Source of the DNA: Octopus vulgaris
Lineage: Eukaryota
DNA length: 64,000 nt
NCBI GenBank assembly: GCA_951406725.2
Contig: OX597819.1
Coordinates: 8,308,001-8,372,000, forward strand
Direction: 5' to 3'
The notes under the pieces are model-generated. The model saw only the letters and a list, made by a program, of their open reading frames with translations. It ran no database searches and was not told the origin of the DNA. Of this stretch, positions 27,546 through 41,206 are shown piece after piece. The translations under genes and the position numbers were made by a program. Numbering within the stretch: the stretch's first letter is position 1; every line of letters begins with the position of its first letter.

Positions 27546-28807
27546 TTCATATTGCGATAACTAATAAATGATTTTAATGTATAATCCAGATTTAAGTAAA
27601 TATTAACGATTAAAAGTTTGTCTATTTATTTCTGTCATGTCTGTGTATATATGTGTATGTATGTATCTCTGTGTGTGTGTGTGTGTATGTGTGTGTGTGT
27701 GTATGTGTGTGTATGTATGTGTGTGTATGTGTGTGTGTATGTGTGTGTGTGTGTGTATTAATTGAAGAAGAGAGAGTCTATTTTCATGTCTGTCTATCTC
27801 TGATATATGTTGCTCACACGCACCCTCACCTCTCAATACACTCACAAATACGAACAAATTCACATTCCAACCAAGGTACATATACACAAATACATATAGA
27901 CATATATACACACACTCATACACAAATATAGACGGAAAATGGGAAAAGAAGGAAAAGAAGGACGTAGAGATAGAAAGAGACAGAGGGACATGAGTCAAGA
28001 GAATTGTTGAAAGTTTCTTAACAGAATACAACGAATTGGCTGAATATTCACAAAGTTGATTTATAACTAGTTTAGAAACCTCTGACTTTCTTCATTCACA
28101 TCTTGAGCAAGCCTGTACACAGCTGTCGACCTGGTAGATGTAATAGCCAAATTTTCTCAAATTCCATAATACAGTTTTAACAAATGATTCGTTAAATAAT
28201 GTGGTCCAGAGTTCTCTACACATAGAAAATGGCGAGATGGTCACGGCTGTATGTCCTCGATCATAGATGTGTTGGATTAAAGCTGATCTGGAACTATTCA
28301 ACAACAACAACAATCACATCTTCTACATGGTCATTTTGCTTCTTAGAAATGACCAACAAATTTACCTCACATTAGGTACGCCTGTCTTTAAAAGGGCAAT
28401 GACACACTGTCAATGTAGTCCTAAATACGCAATGCTTGCAAGAAGAATAAAAAAAACTACGGGTTGATCATAGCTAGCATTTCCTTCTTTGCTGATCTGG
28501 ACCTGAAATACAACTGAGTGCTATTTTCGTGTTGTCATTGTTTTGTTGACGGTTAGATCAGATCGAACGGAAATAAGATTAAAAGACATTCTACTCCTAA
28601 CCATTCCTTACATATTGATGTAAGTGCCTCGTGTACCCTTATCAGACGGGTAGTGATGATGGGTATACTGGGCTTCGTATATTTTACCCCAGTGTAACTT
28701 TGATGGCATGCACTGCTCTCTCACTAAATGATGCTGCTGCTGATGATGATGATAGTAATAATAATAATAATGATAATAACAACAACAACAACAACAACAA
28801 CAATAAC

Positions 28808-28889
<82 letters not shown>

Positions 28890-28892
<3 letters not shown>

Positions 28893-29428
28893 GCCCTGAT
28901 GCAGTACCAGGCAGTGGCTCTCGTTTGAAAGTGTTATCATGTAAATTGTTTTGTCTTGGTATATAAAAGATAGGCTACAGCAAATATTCTGCTCAATACC
29001 ACAGATTTGCTTGTCAGTTGTTTGACCATAACCAGTTGAGCATGTCCCTTAGTGGCTGACGATATGTGCATCTCAGATCATGAGCAGAAGTAGTAGGGGA
29101 GCATCATAGCCATGTGCTGAGAGGGATTCTTTGGGGTTTGAATAATTCACCTTTGGAAACATGGGTGTTTCGTTCAACATCCTTAAACAACCTTATTCAG
29201 GGACCTTTTGAGCGGGATGGGCTATTCGACCTGAAAAAAATTGTAACTGGGACCCACCTGCAAGGTCATGCGGTGTTTATCTTGATAGGAGATCACCATG
29301 TCGCGCACATATGGTTGTGATGCATGTACCTGGTGTACCCTTATCAGATGGGTAGTCATGATGGGTATACTGGGCTTCGTATATTTTACCCCAGTGTCAC
29401 TTCGATGGCGTGCACTGCTCTCTCACTC
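28890..29428 (+). mobile_element. ~540-bp non-coding dispersed repeat embedded in (TAA)n (3' fragment also at 28620-28727)
   Basis: Homologous over its length to the reverse complement of 39008-39560. Ends CACTGCTCTCTCACTC-AATAAT. Confidence 0.85.
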
Positions 29429-29479
29429 AATAATATAATAATAATGGTGGTTGTGCACCTTAAAATTCACGAACCCTTA

Positions 29480-32400
29480 TCATGAGTGCTGAAATGTCAA
29501 ATAAAAATAGAAACGAGAACGGCGTGAATGAGGCTGGAACATCCTATGAAGGTCTCTAGTGCGGCGGGTGCCCCACGGGTGAGCAGTGTGGGCCCAGTCG
29601 TCATCAAGCAACTGCCAAAATGATGGTGGACAAGAGAAATAAATGTGGTTGTAATGGAGTGATACTTTCTGGGCAATCCGAGAAAAGATAATGAAGTACC
29701 TGATAGGAGATATAGGAAAAGAATGCACAAGGTATGGAGCGACAGAGGTCTATTTGAATTAAGTGAGCAAAATCTGTGTGGCCAAGCTAGAGCCATCAGA
29801 AAGAAAGATTGGTTATCTCCAGCTAAACTAGATAACATTAAGAGATAGGTGCTTAGGGATAGTAAAACCAGCGGTGAACGGAAGGATGAGGAAGCAGATG
29901 CAGACAGTGAAACTATGGCAGTATAGTTAAAGGGAAAAAAAGAGCATAAGGCTGAGATTGTTGATCAGGAAAGAGATGAGAGAACTGAGGAACAGATACC
30001 CATTTTAAATGAAATCATTGATATTTGGACCTCTGGTGAACAGAGCTTTCACACGGGGTTTAATAAAGTAGACAGAAAAAAACTGAATGAATGGAGCAGG
30101 AAGATAGATGATATCACTGGTGATATCAGGGCTGACAACATCACAGACACCAACAATCTGATAAATGCAATCTCGATCATTATGTCCTGGAAGTTAGGAT
30201 TGAAAGCCAAAGGTAAATGTCAACATAACCTGAAGGAACCATGGTGGCAAAGGAGAATAACGCAGTCTATTAACGAGACCAGAAAACATTAATATTCTAG
30301 AACGGTAAGAAAAGATAAAGGAAGTACAGCGACAGAGATACGTTGAGCTACAGAGGAAGAAAGGGAATCAATGTTGTTATTGGGGAATTAAAACAGACGT
30401 TGAAAGTTAAACTTAGGAGATATGAACAGAGAATTGAGCAGTACAGATTAAACAGACTTTTCGAACAAAATCAGAAACGAGGCTGTCAGGAACTGGATGG
30501 GAAAGAAAAAGGTGAAAAGGCCGTGTTGAATGCTGAAGAAAGCAAAAGTATTTGGTCAAACATGGTCACAGGAGAAACAGCACGAAACTGAAGCAGAGTG
30601 GTTAAAGACACTCAAAGTGGGGAGTGGAGAGTATCAGCAGGAGGATTTGAGAATAACCGAAGAGATGATTGGAGATCAGTGCAGGGAAATTCCTAACTGG
30701 AAAGCGCCTGGCCCAGATGTGGTTCAGGGCTTTAGGCTTAAAAACTTGACAGCTCTGCACAGGAGAACTGCAACACAGATGGACGAAATACTGAGTAGTA
30801 ACATCTAAGTACCGACCTGGATGACAAAAGGAAGAACGGTACAATGCCAGAAGGACCCAAGTAAAAGTAATACTGTTGGAAATTTCCAACCAATATCTTG
30901 TTTGCTACTGATGTGGAAACTGGTGACGGGCATCATATCAGACAGCATCTTTAAGTACCTAGATGCGAACGACCTACTATCAGTGGAACAAAAAAGGGTG
31001 TAGATGTAAGAGCAGAGGAACGAAGGACCAATTACTAATCGATAAGACTTTCCTGGCTGACTGCAAGAAGAAACACACAAATTTGGCGATGGCATAGGTG
31101 GACTACAGGAGACCACATGACATTGTAAGCCTTAAACTGCTTACAAGAAATAAACCGGAGAACACGTAAATTAATGACAATGAACAAGGAACTACACCCT
31201 AAGAGGGATGTGTGAAGATTGTATGTAAAGAGTAAAGGAAGAGGACGGGAATTGGTGTGTTGTGAAGGTTGTGTAGGGGAAGAGGAGAAAAGCCGGACTT
31301 AGTATGTCAAGGGGAGTAAGGAAGAAATGATTAAAGCAGTGAAAATGCCGGGAACCTTAAAAGTGAACGAAGCCGTAGATCCGATTCAACACAGTTTAAG
31401 AAAGACCGGAGAGAGCAGATGAAGAAAATTTGGCAGGACAAGAAAATGCACAGTGAGTTCTTGAAGAATAAAGATGAGGTTGATTGGAATAGAACCTCGC
31501 AATGGATGCAGAAAGGTGACTTAAAGGGCCCACTGAAAACAAGCTCTCAGAACAAATTACTCCAAATATCACATTGATAAAAGCACTGACTCTCAGAACA
31601 AAATACTCCAAATATCACATTGATAAAAGCACTGACTCTCAGAACAAATTACTCCAAATATCACATTGATAAAAGCACTGACTCTCAGAACAAAATACTC
31701 CAAATATCACATTGATAAAAGCACTGACTCTCAGAACAAAATACTCCAAATATCACATTGATAAAAGCACTGACTCTCAGAACAAATTACTCCAAATATC
31801 ACATTGATAAAAGCTGACTCTCAGAACAAAATACTCCAAATATCATTGATAAAAGCATGACAGCAAATACTCCAAATAATATAAAAGCACTGACTCTCAG
31901 AACAAATTACTCCAAATATCACATTGATAAAATGCACTGACTCTCAGAACAAATTACTCCAAATATCACATTGATAAAAGCACTGGACTGTCAGAACAAA
32001 TACTCCAAATATCACTCTGACTCTCAGAACAAATTACCCAAATATCACAGAAGGCAGAAAGTACTGAAGCCATATTGTATCACATTGATGAATCAGAACA
32101 AAATACTCCAAATATCACATTGATAAAAAATCGCACATCGACTCTCAGAACAAATTACTCCAAATATCACAAAGGAGACACCACAATGTGGCGAATACAA
32201 AGGAAACCTCAGATATGTTCACTGGCTGATTTGCACCATTACCAAGGTGGGCATGGAGAATGTAATAGTGATACTGGTGGTAATTGTAGCATTAGGAGCA
32301 GTTTCAAGGTCTTTGAAAAGCATATTAAGAATATTGGAGCTACCGTCAGGCTCCAGAAGACTGCATTGTTGGGTACAGCTCGCACGCCAGGGAGAGTATT

Positions 32401-32501
32401 ATCTCTTTGAGTCACAAGAGAAGGCACTACTTGAAACCTTTGGTGATTTGCTATTTCTTGCTTTTAAGTAAATAATTAAGAACTATCTGAGAGTCTTTCA
32501 G

Positions 32502-32550
<49 letters not shown>
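29480..32550 (+). mobile_element. Decayed R4/Dong-type (RLE) non-LTR retrotransposon, RT core deleted, (AAC)n tail
   Basis: [125 protein letters not shown]. Confidence 0.85.
31545..32170 (+). repeat. 46-bp minisatellite derived from Dong coding sequence
   Basis: Unit CTCTCAGAACAAA(T/A)TACTCCAAATATCACATTGATAAAAGCACTGA, about 13 copies, degenerating 3'. Confidence 0.92.
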
Positions 32551-32551
<1 letters not shown>

Positions 32552-34385
32552 GAAGAGAATTAATGAACCCAAATCTTTTAGCCAGGGTCTCTAACAAATT
32601 TACACCTTCGTAAATACTGTAAGGCTTAACTATTACTACGTCTATTCTACGATCGGCAAAATTTACTTACATACCAGTCCAAAAGGCTTCCAAACAGTAT
32701 CCGCTTATTAACTTTTGTATGCCGAAAATATTAATGTTTATAACTTAAAGATGATGTTTGTTTTACTGCAAGAGCAATTATATTTTAATAATATAAGTTC
32801 GTTTTAAACATTATATATGTTTACCCCCAATGGAATGTACAGTGTAGTGTTTTAATACAGCACTACAAAAATTTAGTTCAATCTATACACAACCTAACTC
32901 GAAAATCCTGAGTGGTTCTCCGAGCAATGAAACCCAAAGTGATTTGCACCATTACCAAGGTAACGAAATGGGATTAAAATAATTAGAACATATCATAAGA
33001 TATCAAAACTATCTATTGCTGGGCATTCCATCGGCCTTCCACCAAAATTCCCTAAATTCCAGTCTACATGGTAAACCATCTAAGGGGTTGACTTCTGAGA
33101 TCCGTGAAGAGACTGGGTTACCGCTCGCACCCATGGGAAGCAGAGCATCCAATCGAATGGGAATGGTAGTGATTTAGCTGGCAGGAGAGAGTGAAGTTCG
33201 TGGGGTGGAGTGGCAATGAGTAAATAAGAATATACAAAATTATACTCATATGCTCCTGATAAGGAAGAATTGATTTGAAATTGTTCCAATCAGTGAACAC
33301 ATGCACTGAGTCATTTACTACCAAGAAAATCTACATGGACAAATTGTTTTTTGGTAGTAATGCCAGAAGTGATCACAATTTTGCCAGAAACACGGTTCAC
33401 TAGTAAATTTTCTGATGCAAACTAGGGCTTTGTGCGAAGAAATGGTATCACAATACTTCAACGACGTTGTTTAATCATGGAATACTGAAGACGTTCACAT
33501 TGGCAGTTTAGCTGTGGTACAAAGGCCATTATTAACGGAAAATGTGCCAATAATTGTTCCAAAAAAGCATTTTTTTTGTCATTTTCCGTTGACAAATAGT
33601 TTATTACATCACAAGAGAACTCATAACACTCCTTGTATATTGCCGTATTTTTTTTTTACATCGAAAACATTAAAATTGGCAACGTAGATTAGAAGCAAAT
33701 CTAAATATTTCCCGAAAATTACCTCAAAATTGTGCGGCCCGACCTCGTTTTCGAGGTTATTTTTGTAGTAAAAAAGTGTTATGCAACAAATATACTTCAT
33801 TTGGTAGCCGAAGATTACTGAATCTTTTGATAAGGTACATACGCACCACACACAGATACACACAAATTCTGCTTTTTGTATTTATAGTTATATTGTCAAA
33901 TTACAAACTGGTATTTTCATTTATATATGAGACATTTAATTTCCTGTGCAATATTATTTAATGTTCTGTGTACCCAGTATTCTTAGTTCGAATTCCACTG
34001 AAATCGAGTATGATTTTCATCCTTGCGGATGTCAAGTACTCGAGTCGAGTTCTGAGTTCTCTCTCTCTCTCACTCTCTCTTTCTCACTCTCACTCTCTCT
34101 CTCTCCCTCCTGTATCTGTGGCTCAAAAACTGGGCCTTTGAATCCTCTGACTCAATTTCAGAGTTGCATTAAGTGTGCATGTCACTGACCAAAACTCAAA
34201 CGCTTTGAGTGTAGAAATTCAGTTAGCGCGAAAACAAAATTTATACCACTGAAACCAGCGAAGAAACACAGCCATATTTAATATATATATTTGTGTATGC
34301 GTATGTGTGTGTGCGCGTGCCCGTATGTGTGCCTGTGTATGCGTATGTATGTATATGTGTGTGTATGTGTGTGTATGTGTGTGTA

Positions 34386-34431
<46 letters not shown>

Positions 34432-35260
34432 TAATGGCGTCTGCGTGCGTGCGTACACACGTGTGCGTGTATGTGTGTTAGCATCTGTGTTTATGTATAA
34501 AACTTGTATGCGGCTGATAGAATGTAATAACGATGACTAAGACACTTGGTTTGCATTTATCAATTAGACTGAAATTTATTAAATTTCTAACTGTTTCTTC
34601 CCTTTGCAATTTGTTATTTATTCAAGCTGTCTTTATCTTCAACTAGAAGAGTTTCTCTCGCCTTATCTTTATCTTCTTTTGTGTTTTGGCTATGTTTTAC
34701 TCATTAAAATGTTGGCATTGCGGGCAAGTCTTAATCATAAACACCATAGGACGCAATTGTTTTAATTGTCCACTTGTCTTATTTGTTACGAAATATCTAA
34801 ATATCATATCTTCGAATTTTAGATGCGGAGAAAAGGCAAAAAGCACAGACGCGCTCTCGCATACACATAGAGAGAGACATACAGATACATACATAGTACT
34901 GGTAGAAGAGCATATAGTACTTACATACACATCCACACACACAAACACACACCGACACATACACACCGTGCGCTCACAAAGACAATTATCCAAACAGAAA
35001 CACAAACACATACACACATGCACGCCACGAACACGCATACAGGCATGAAACAGTTATAAACATACAGTACACATACACATGCACACACACCTTCCCACAC
35101 ACGCATGCACACACGCGCGAGCGCGAACGTATAAACACAAACACATATAGGTGTAGGTATATAACCACAGACACAAATATACAATGGCACAGTATCAAAT
35201 ATATTCAAAGATTCACAGACGCACATCCAACCATATACAAAAAGAAACATATATACATAT

Positions 35261-35634
35261 AGGCGCAGGAGTGGCTGTGTGGTAAGTAGCTTGCTAATCA
35301 ACCAAATGGTTCCGGGTTCAGTCCCACTGCGTGGCATCTTGGGCAAGTGTCTTCTGCTATAACCTCGGGCCGACCAATGCCTTGTGAGTGGATTTGGTAG
35401 ACGGAAACTGAAAGAAGCCTGTCGTATATATGTATATATATATATATATATAAGTGTGAGTGTATATGTTTGTGTGTCTGTGTTTGTCCCCCTAGCATTG
35501 CTTGACAACCGATGCAAAAGAGATCGATAGAATAAGTACTAGGCTTACAAAGAATAAGTCCCGGGGGCGATTTGCTCGACTAAAGGCGGTGCTCCAGCAT
35601 GGCCGCAGTCAAATGACTGAAACAAGTAAAAGAG
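35261..35634 (+). mobile_element. SINE family B (small internal deletion)
   Basis: Near-identical to 5773-6172. Confidence 0.9.
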
Positions 35635-36326
35635 TATGTGTGTGTGTATACATACATACATATATATGTGTATATATATAGATACACACACACACACATA
35701 TACAGAAGCATGTATGCAAACACATGAGGACATGTACATTCAGGCACATGTAAGGACATATTTAGTCATACAGACACATACAAATATGCACGCACACACA
35801 CACACATGCACACGCGCGCGCGCACACACACACATGCACACGCGCGCGCGCACACACACAACACAGATAAATGCAACAATAATTAGCAAGAGCAGCAGGA
35901 ACAATAATTAACAACAAACAGGAACAATATAAACAATATGAACAAACATTCGGCCCACTTACAATAAACGCCAAATGAAATGTTGGAAGAGCCTATTAAT
36001 ATATTTTTCTGTCGTTATCCCAGCTTGGACGAGAGCAAATAGATAATAAATATATATAAAAAAAACAGAAATATTTACAAAAATGTAACAGAACAAATAC
36101 AAATATGAATGTGATTTGATTAAAAGTTTCACGGAAAAAGAAGAGAAAGGGAAGACGAAGATAAAGGAATGAGAGAAACGTGTGAGAAAGCGAAAAGAAT
36201 AACGAATGAATGGAAGTGAGACAGAGGGAGAGAGAAAGAGAAAGGAAGAGAGAATGATAGACGGAGAAAGAGATACATAGATAGACAGACAGAGATACAG
36301 ACCGACAGTCAAACAAACAGACAGAC

Positions 36327-36409
<83 letters not shown>

Positions 36410-36616
36410 CGGGGAGAGAGAGGGGCCGAGAAAGAAAGAATGAGAGATAGATAGATAGACAGACAGATAGATAGATAGATATGTTTCTTTATTAGCCACA
36501 CAGGGCTGCACACAGATAGAACAAATTACAAGGTAGAGCTTTTCTTTTGAAGGTTTAAAAAATAAAAAATAAAATAAAATAAAAAAGGGGGGTCGATCAA
36601 AAGGGATCGTAAAGAC

Positions 36617-36900
<284 letters not shown>

Positions 36901-37658
36901 AGAAGAGAGCGAGCAAGTGAGAGAGAGAGAGAGGGAGAGAGGGAGGAAGGTAGAGAGAGGGAGTGAACATCGTGATAAGAGGAAGGGTGAGAGAAGAAAA
37001 AAAGGAAATTGACAGAACGGAACTCGTATCATTGTTGATAATCCTAATGAATATTGTGATAATGATGACATTGCTATCTGATAGTGGAGGTGACCGAGGT
37101 GGTAGTAGTATTAGTGGGTAGAGGCAATGGTGCTGGTAGTGGTGGTAGTGATGGTGGTCTGTACAGTGATGACGGCTATAAAATAATGACGAGAGCAACA
37201 ACGATGATTATAATGGCGGTGATGATATCCGTTATTGGCCACAAGTGCTCAAGATGTTGAAAACAGTACAAAGGACGAAATATAGGAAAAATAGACAAAC
37301 CAACAAATATCAACAACCGCCATAGAATAGCGCAAAACATAACAAATGAGAACGATGTTATTATTATTATTTCTATTATTTTTATTTTTGTTTATTTATT
37401 TATTTATTTATTTTTATTTACTATTTATCTTCTAGTTCTGGCAATTGTGTTTGTTAATAAGAGAGGAGCAACGGCTATTTGTTTCTAGAATCCCACCGCA
37501 TGCAATGACGTTTAAAATCCATGAGGTTCATATTGTGCGCTAATGATGGAAGCGAATTTCTGAGAAAGCGACAAATGGGTTTGCTGTTCGCCAACCATCA
37601 AATAAATAATTAAATAAATAAATAATAATACTGATGATGATGATGATGGCTGTTGTTG

Positions 37659-37738
<80 letters not shown>

Positions 37739-38079
37739 ACAACAACAACAACAACAGTAACAACAGTAACAATATCAACAACAACAACAACAACAACAAC
37801 AATAATAATAATAATAATAATAATCCCCCAACAAATTACAATTTAAACAGCTTATTCTCCTCTGGAGCCGAAATGAGATTCTGATATTTTCAGAGACAGT
37901 TTTATTTTATATTTTAGATATATTTTTATTAATATAATATTTGATTATAATATATTGCATTTGTTTGAATGCAGTGGCTGTTGTTGGTTTAGTTATTGTT
38001 CTAATAAATAAAAACATCTAATAAGAGATAAAAATAAATTATTATTGCTATCATCATCATCATCATCATCATCATCATC

Positions 38080-39000
38080 GCCAGTCGGGCAACGCAGACG
38101 GTGGAAGTTTCACCATGGAGTTCCATAGGGGACTAGCGGCGGGCAAGAGTGACGACGTCCTCGGGGAAACTCTGGACGTCGGGAGGGATCAATTAAACAG
38201 TCTTTTCCGGAGGACTTTCGGGCCAGGGCCTATGGATGACTTCCAGAATTCCCTGGCCTGGCAATGCTACCGGAGTGCTCTGCCGGTTCGAGATAAGCTC
38301 TACAGACACGGAAGTGCTGTCAGCCGGACACACCTGTACGAGGTGTGCGCAGGGCGACGAAACTATCCTGCACGCACTCGTCCAGTGTCCGTGTATTACT
38401 GACTTGTAGATCTTTGTCGAACAGCCGTTATCAAATGTCGGACGGATCTGGTTATCAGCCGAGTCCATCGTGAAGATCGCCCCGCCGCCTTCCTTTGGCT
38501 AGGAAGGAAAGATAGTTTTCCTCTGTCTGGTGGCTTTAGCGAAGCAGGTAGTGTGGTGGACGAGACTGAAAGGACTGAAAACAGATAATTTTTTCTTCAG
38601 CCAAGCCCTCATCGACTTTTCAAGTTCCACTTGGAAAGTAAAATGAGAATAGAAAGGGAAGTTCTGCTCCTCAATAAATTTGTTGAAAGGTGGGCGCGTG
38701 TGGCGAGGATGGCCCATGTGAATGGGCCTAATCTGAACTTTCGTTTGTCAATCGGAGGAGTTGCGAAGGAGAGAGGCGCCTGATGAGGTACAACTGGCGG
38801 TTGGGATAATAAGAAATGTAGTGCTCCTCGGTTGTCCAGGTGAGTAACTTCCCGCTTTTGGAGAAGTTGATTGCTTAATCGTATTGTTAATTGTCATTGT
38901 TATTTTATTGTTTACTCGAATTTTGTGTTAAACCCCACATGTCCCCAGTTTTGTATTGTCCCTATTCGTTTTGTGTTCGGTCCTTGTGACCAATAAAGAA
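38080..39000 (+). mobile_element. 5'-truncated Tx1/L1-clade LINE (ORF2 C-terminus with CCHC finger, 3' UTR)
   Basis: SLAWQCYRSALPVRDKLYRHG followed, after a frameshift, by C.RCAQGDETILHALVQCP. T-rich UTR ending AATAAAGAAA. Confidence 0.8.
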
Positions 39001-39007
39001 AGGATTA

Positions 39008-39560
39008 TTGAGTGAGAGAACAGTGCATACCATCAAAGTGACACTGGGGTAAAATATACAAAGCCCAGTATACCCATCATGACTACCCGTCTGATAAGGA
39101 TACACTAGGCACATGCATCACAACCATATGTGCGCGACATGGTGATCTCTTATCAAGATAAACAGCGCATGGACCTTCCACGTGGGGCCCAGTTAGAATT
39201 TTCTTCTGGTCGAGTAGCCCATCCCGCTGAAAAGATACCTGAATAAGGATTGTTTAAGGATGTTGAACGAAACACGCTTGTTTCCAGAGGTGAATTATTC
39301 AAACCCCCAAGAATCCCTCTCAACACATGGCTATGATGCTCCCCCACTACTTCTGCTCATGATCATTGATGCACATATCGTCAGCCACTAAGTGACGTGC
39401 TCAACTGGTTATGGTCAAACAACTGACAAGCTAATCTGTAGTATTGAGCAGAATATTTGTTGTAACCCATGTTTTATACGAAGACCAAACAATGTACATG
39501 ATAACACTAGCAATCAGTTAAAATCAGAAGCCATGAGAACCACTGCCTGGTACTGCATCA
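39008..39560 (-). mobile_element. Second copy of the (TAA)n-embedded ~550-bp repeat
   Basis: Reverse complement of 28897-29428. Bounded by (TTA)n. Confidence 0.85.
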
Positions 39561-39566
39561 TTATTG

Positions 39567-39663
<97 letters not shown>

Positions 39664-39859
39664 ACTTGGCAGAATCATTAACACGCCAGGCGAAATACTT
39701 AGCGTTGTTTTGTCTGTCGCTGCATTCTGTGTCCAAATTCGGCCGAAGTCGACTTTGCCTTTCATTCTTTCGGGGTTTTCAAATTAAGTTCCAGCTAAGT
39801 ACTGGAGTCGATGTAATCGACTATCTCCTCCCCACAAGTTCCAGGCCTTGTTCCCACAG

Positions 39860-39903
39860 GATTATTATCACTGTTGTAATTATTATTATCATTATCATTG
39901 TTG

Positions 39904-39940
<37 letters not shown>

Positions 39941-39963
39941 CATTATTATTATTATTATTATTA

Positions 39964-40000
<37 letters not shown>

Positions 40001-40005
40001 CATAA

Positions 40006-40057
<52 letters not shown>

Positions 40058-40080
40058 CATCATCATCATCATCATCATCA

Positions 40081-40144
<64 letters not shown>

Positions 40145-40176
40145 CATCATTATTTTTATTATCATTATTATTATTA

Positions 40177-40231
<55 letters not shown>

Positions 40232-40235
40232 CATT
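39860..40235. repeat. (TTA)n/(TCA)n microsatellite
   Basis: Directly visible. Confidence 0.95.
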
Positions 40236-40870
40236 TCATTTACGCATTGTGCTGTAAAATGTAAGCTTAGCTGTCCCTAACAATACTGTTTTCTGGAGCT
40301 GCACTAAACTAGTTTTTTTTTCCTATTTTCTCTATCTGAGGAGGGTGCTAAAAAGTTGAAGTGGAAAGAATGACCCAAAGGACCTGTAGTCATTGGATAC
40401 GGCTCTTTCCTTTAACATAGCTTCGGTATAACATCTGATAGAGAAAAATCGTCAATGAAAATGGCAACAAAAATAACAATAACAACAACAACATCAACAA
40501 AAAAAAATAATGTAAATGAAAGAAAGTGTTACTCATGTAGTTAGTGAGTGTAGTATGCTACTACAGAAAGAATACACGAAGAGACTTGATAACATAGGGA
40601 ATAAAATAAAGGAATTCTCGAACACAGGATGACTCTGAAAACAGCTTAGAAAATCGGGTGAAAAGCTTTTAGAAGACCAGCAAGTAAGCCACTACAAAGG
40701 ATGGAATCCTGTAACTTCCGTCCCACTTTGGGGCTTGGAGTGTACTTTTTTCCGTCTCCTAATAGGTACTTACCTGACTTTCTAAGGTGTCTTCACAGCC
40801 ATCCTGCATTCTAAAATTCCTTTATTTTCAGTAGAATACATACATACATCCACATACACACACACACTCA

Positions 40871-40956
<86 letters not shown>

Positions 40957-41000
40957 TACACTCACATATATATGTGCTTTTGTGTGTATGTATGTATGTA

Positions 41001-41063
<63 letters not shown>

Positions 41064-41064
<1 letters not shown>

Positions 41065-41166
41065 CTTTATTTAAAAGCAGCAGAAATTTAACAATTTACT
41101 CGGAGTTTTACGTTCCCGTTCGTCGGACAGTTTCCACCTTGTTTCACATTTATGTATTTACACCGG
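41064..41166 (-). mobile_element. (TA)n-embedded element with degenerate hammerhead; sister of 52461-52545
   Basis: Reverse strand CTGT-CCGACGA-ACG(GGAA)CGT-AAAA-CTCCGA-GTA. Confidence 0.6.
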
Positions 41167-41206
41167 TATATATATATATATATATATTTTAAAATTATAA
41201 GTATAA

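Larger units (their letters stand above)
26102..27645 (+). mobile_element. Tc1-family DNA transposon, full length, inactivated
   Basis: TIRs CACAGACATGACAGAA(T/A)TAAATAGACA at 26102 and ending at 27645, each flanked by TA. Decayed transposase inside. Confidence 0.88.

Noticed and set aside
31545-32170. CRISPR-like array
   Set aside because: Contiguous tandem units with no unique spacers, derived from Dong coding sequence, eukaryotic context, no cas genes.
32227-32961. 22-bp direct repeat TGATTTGCACCATTACCAAGGT at ~32227 and ~32940
   Set aside because: One copy lies in the scrambled region after the minisatellite and does not bound a definable element. It may be an assembly artefact.
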